A DNA stretch of 64,000 nucleotides from Malacoraja senta (lineage: Eukaryota): positions 43,524,001-43,588,000 of the forward strand of contig CM075984.1 in NCBI GenBank assembly GCA_038087875.1. The letters are read 5' to 3'. The position numbers were made by a program, and so were the translations under genes. Within the stretch, counting starts at the first letter, position 1, and every line of letters starts with the position of its first letter. Positions 63,052 through 64,000 of this stretch are shown piece by piece. The notes under the pieces were generated by a model that had not been told where the DNA came from, searched no databases, and was given only the letters and a program-made list of their open reading frames with translations.

Positions 63052-64000
63052 TTTCAGAAGGCCTTCGATAAGGTGCCGCACGTCTGGCTGCTATGGAAGA
63101 TGAGAGCCCATGGTATTGAAGGCAAGATACAAGCATGGATAGCAAGAAGGCTGGATGGCAGAAGGCAAAGAGTTGCAATAAGAAGCGCTTTTTCAGGTTG
63201 GCTGCCAGTGACTAGTGGAGTTCTGCAAAGGTCGATGCTGGGGCCGCTTCTCTTCACGTTGTGCATTAATGATTTGGATAAGAGGATTGAAGGCTTTGTG
63301 GCCAAGTTTGCAGTTGATGCTAAGATTGACTTGACTTAACTTGATAGGTGGAGGAGCAGGCAGTGTAGAGGAAGCAAGGACTCTGCAAAAGGACTTGGAC
63401 AGGTTAGATGAGTGAGCAGAGAAGTGGCAGATGAAATTCAGAATAGCAAAGTGCGGAGTCATGCATTTTGGTATTAAGAATAAAAGCGTAGATTATTTTC
63501 TAAATGGAAAGAGAATCCAGAAATCGGAGTTGCAAGGGGACTTGGGTGTGCTGGTGCATGACTCCCAAAAAGTTAATTTGCAAGTCGAATTGATAGTAAG
63601 GAAGGCAAATTCAATGCTAGCATTTATATCAAGAGGGCAGGAATACAAATAAAGATATGTAATGCTGAGGCTGTATAAAGCGCTGGTCAGGCCACATTTG
63701 GAGTACTGTCAGCAGATTTGGGCCCCATATCTGAGGAATGATGTGCTGGCTCTGGAGAGGGTTCAGAGGAGGTTTATAAGAATGATTCCAGGAATGAGTG
63801 GGTGAGCATATAATGAGCACTTGACAGCACTGGGCCTCTACTTGCTGGAGTTTAGAAGGTTGAGGGGGGACTTCATTGAAACTTACAGAATAATGAAAGG
63901 CACAGATGGAGTGGATGTGGAAAGGTTGTTTCCACTGGTGGGAGAATCTAGAAGCAGAGGTCATAGCCTCAGAATTAAAGGCCGCCTTTTTAGAAAGGAG
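63052..64000 (+). mobile_element. CR1 LINE RT region, degenerate, runs off the window
   Basis: FQKAFDKVPH, VTSGVLQRSMLGP, KCGVMHFG and LVRPHLEYC, with stops. Confidence 0.9.

Overview
Repeat-dense vertebrate DNA. The element complement (HER1/CR1 LINEs, HE1-like SINEs, Penelope-derived repeats) points to a cartilaginous fish, probably a skate or ray; this is inference. One host gene is recognisable: SLC25A36 (mitochondrial pyrimidine nucleotide carrier) on the minus strand. It has a CpG-island promoter and coding exon 1 at 35435-35475, a 33-kb intron 1, and exon 2 at 2259-2429. The rest is mobile DNA: a 10.7-kb Tip100-type hAT element with several nested insertions, Harbinger MITEs, a Tc1 relic, an env-less tRNA-Pro-primed ERV, a near full-length L1, and a 1956-bp young tandem duplication. 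The most striking unannotated signal is two different families of tiny (about 145 and 171 bp) retroposons. Each is flanked by a target-site duplication (TSD), ends in an (AAG)n tail, and begins with a complete minimal HDV-like self-cleaving ribozyme that lacks P4. One has a core almost identical to the mammalian CPEB3 ribozyme as I recall it. Many Penelope-type minimal hammerhead motifs also occur, some sense to the SLC25A36 pre-mRNA. Boundaries of degraded repeats are approximate, and no database search or folding program was run.
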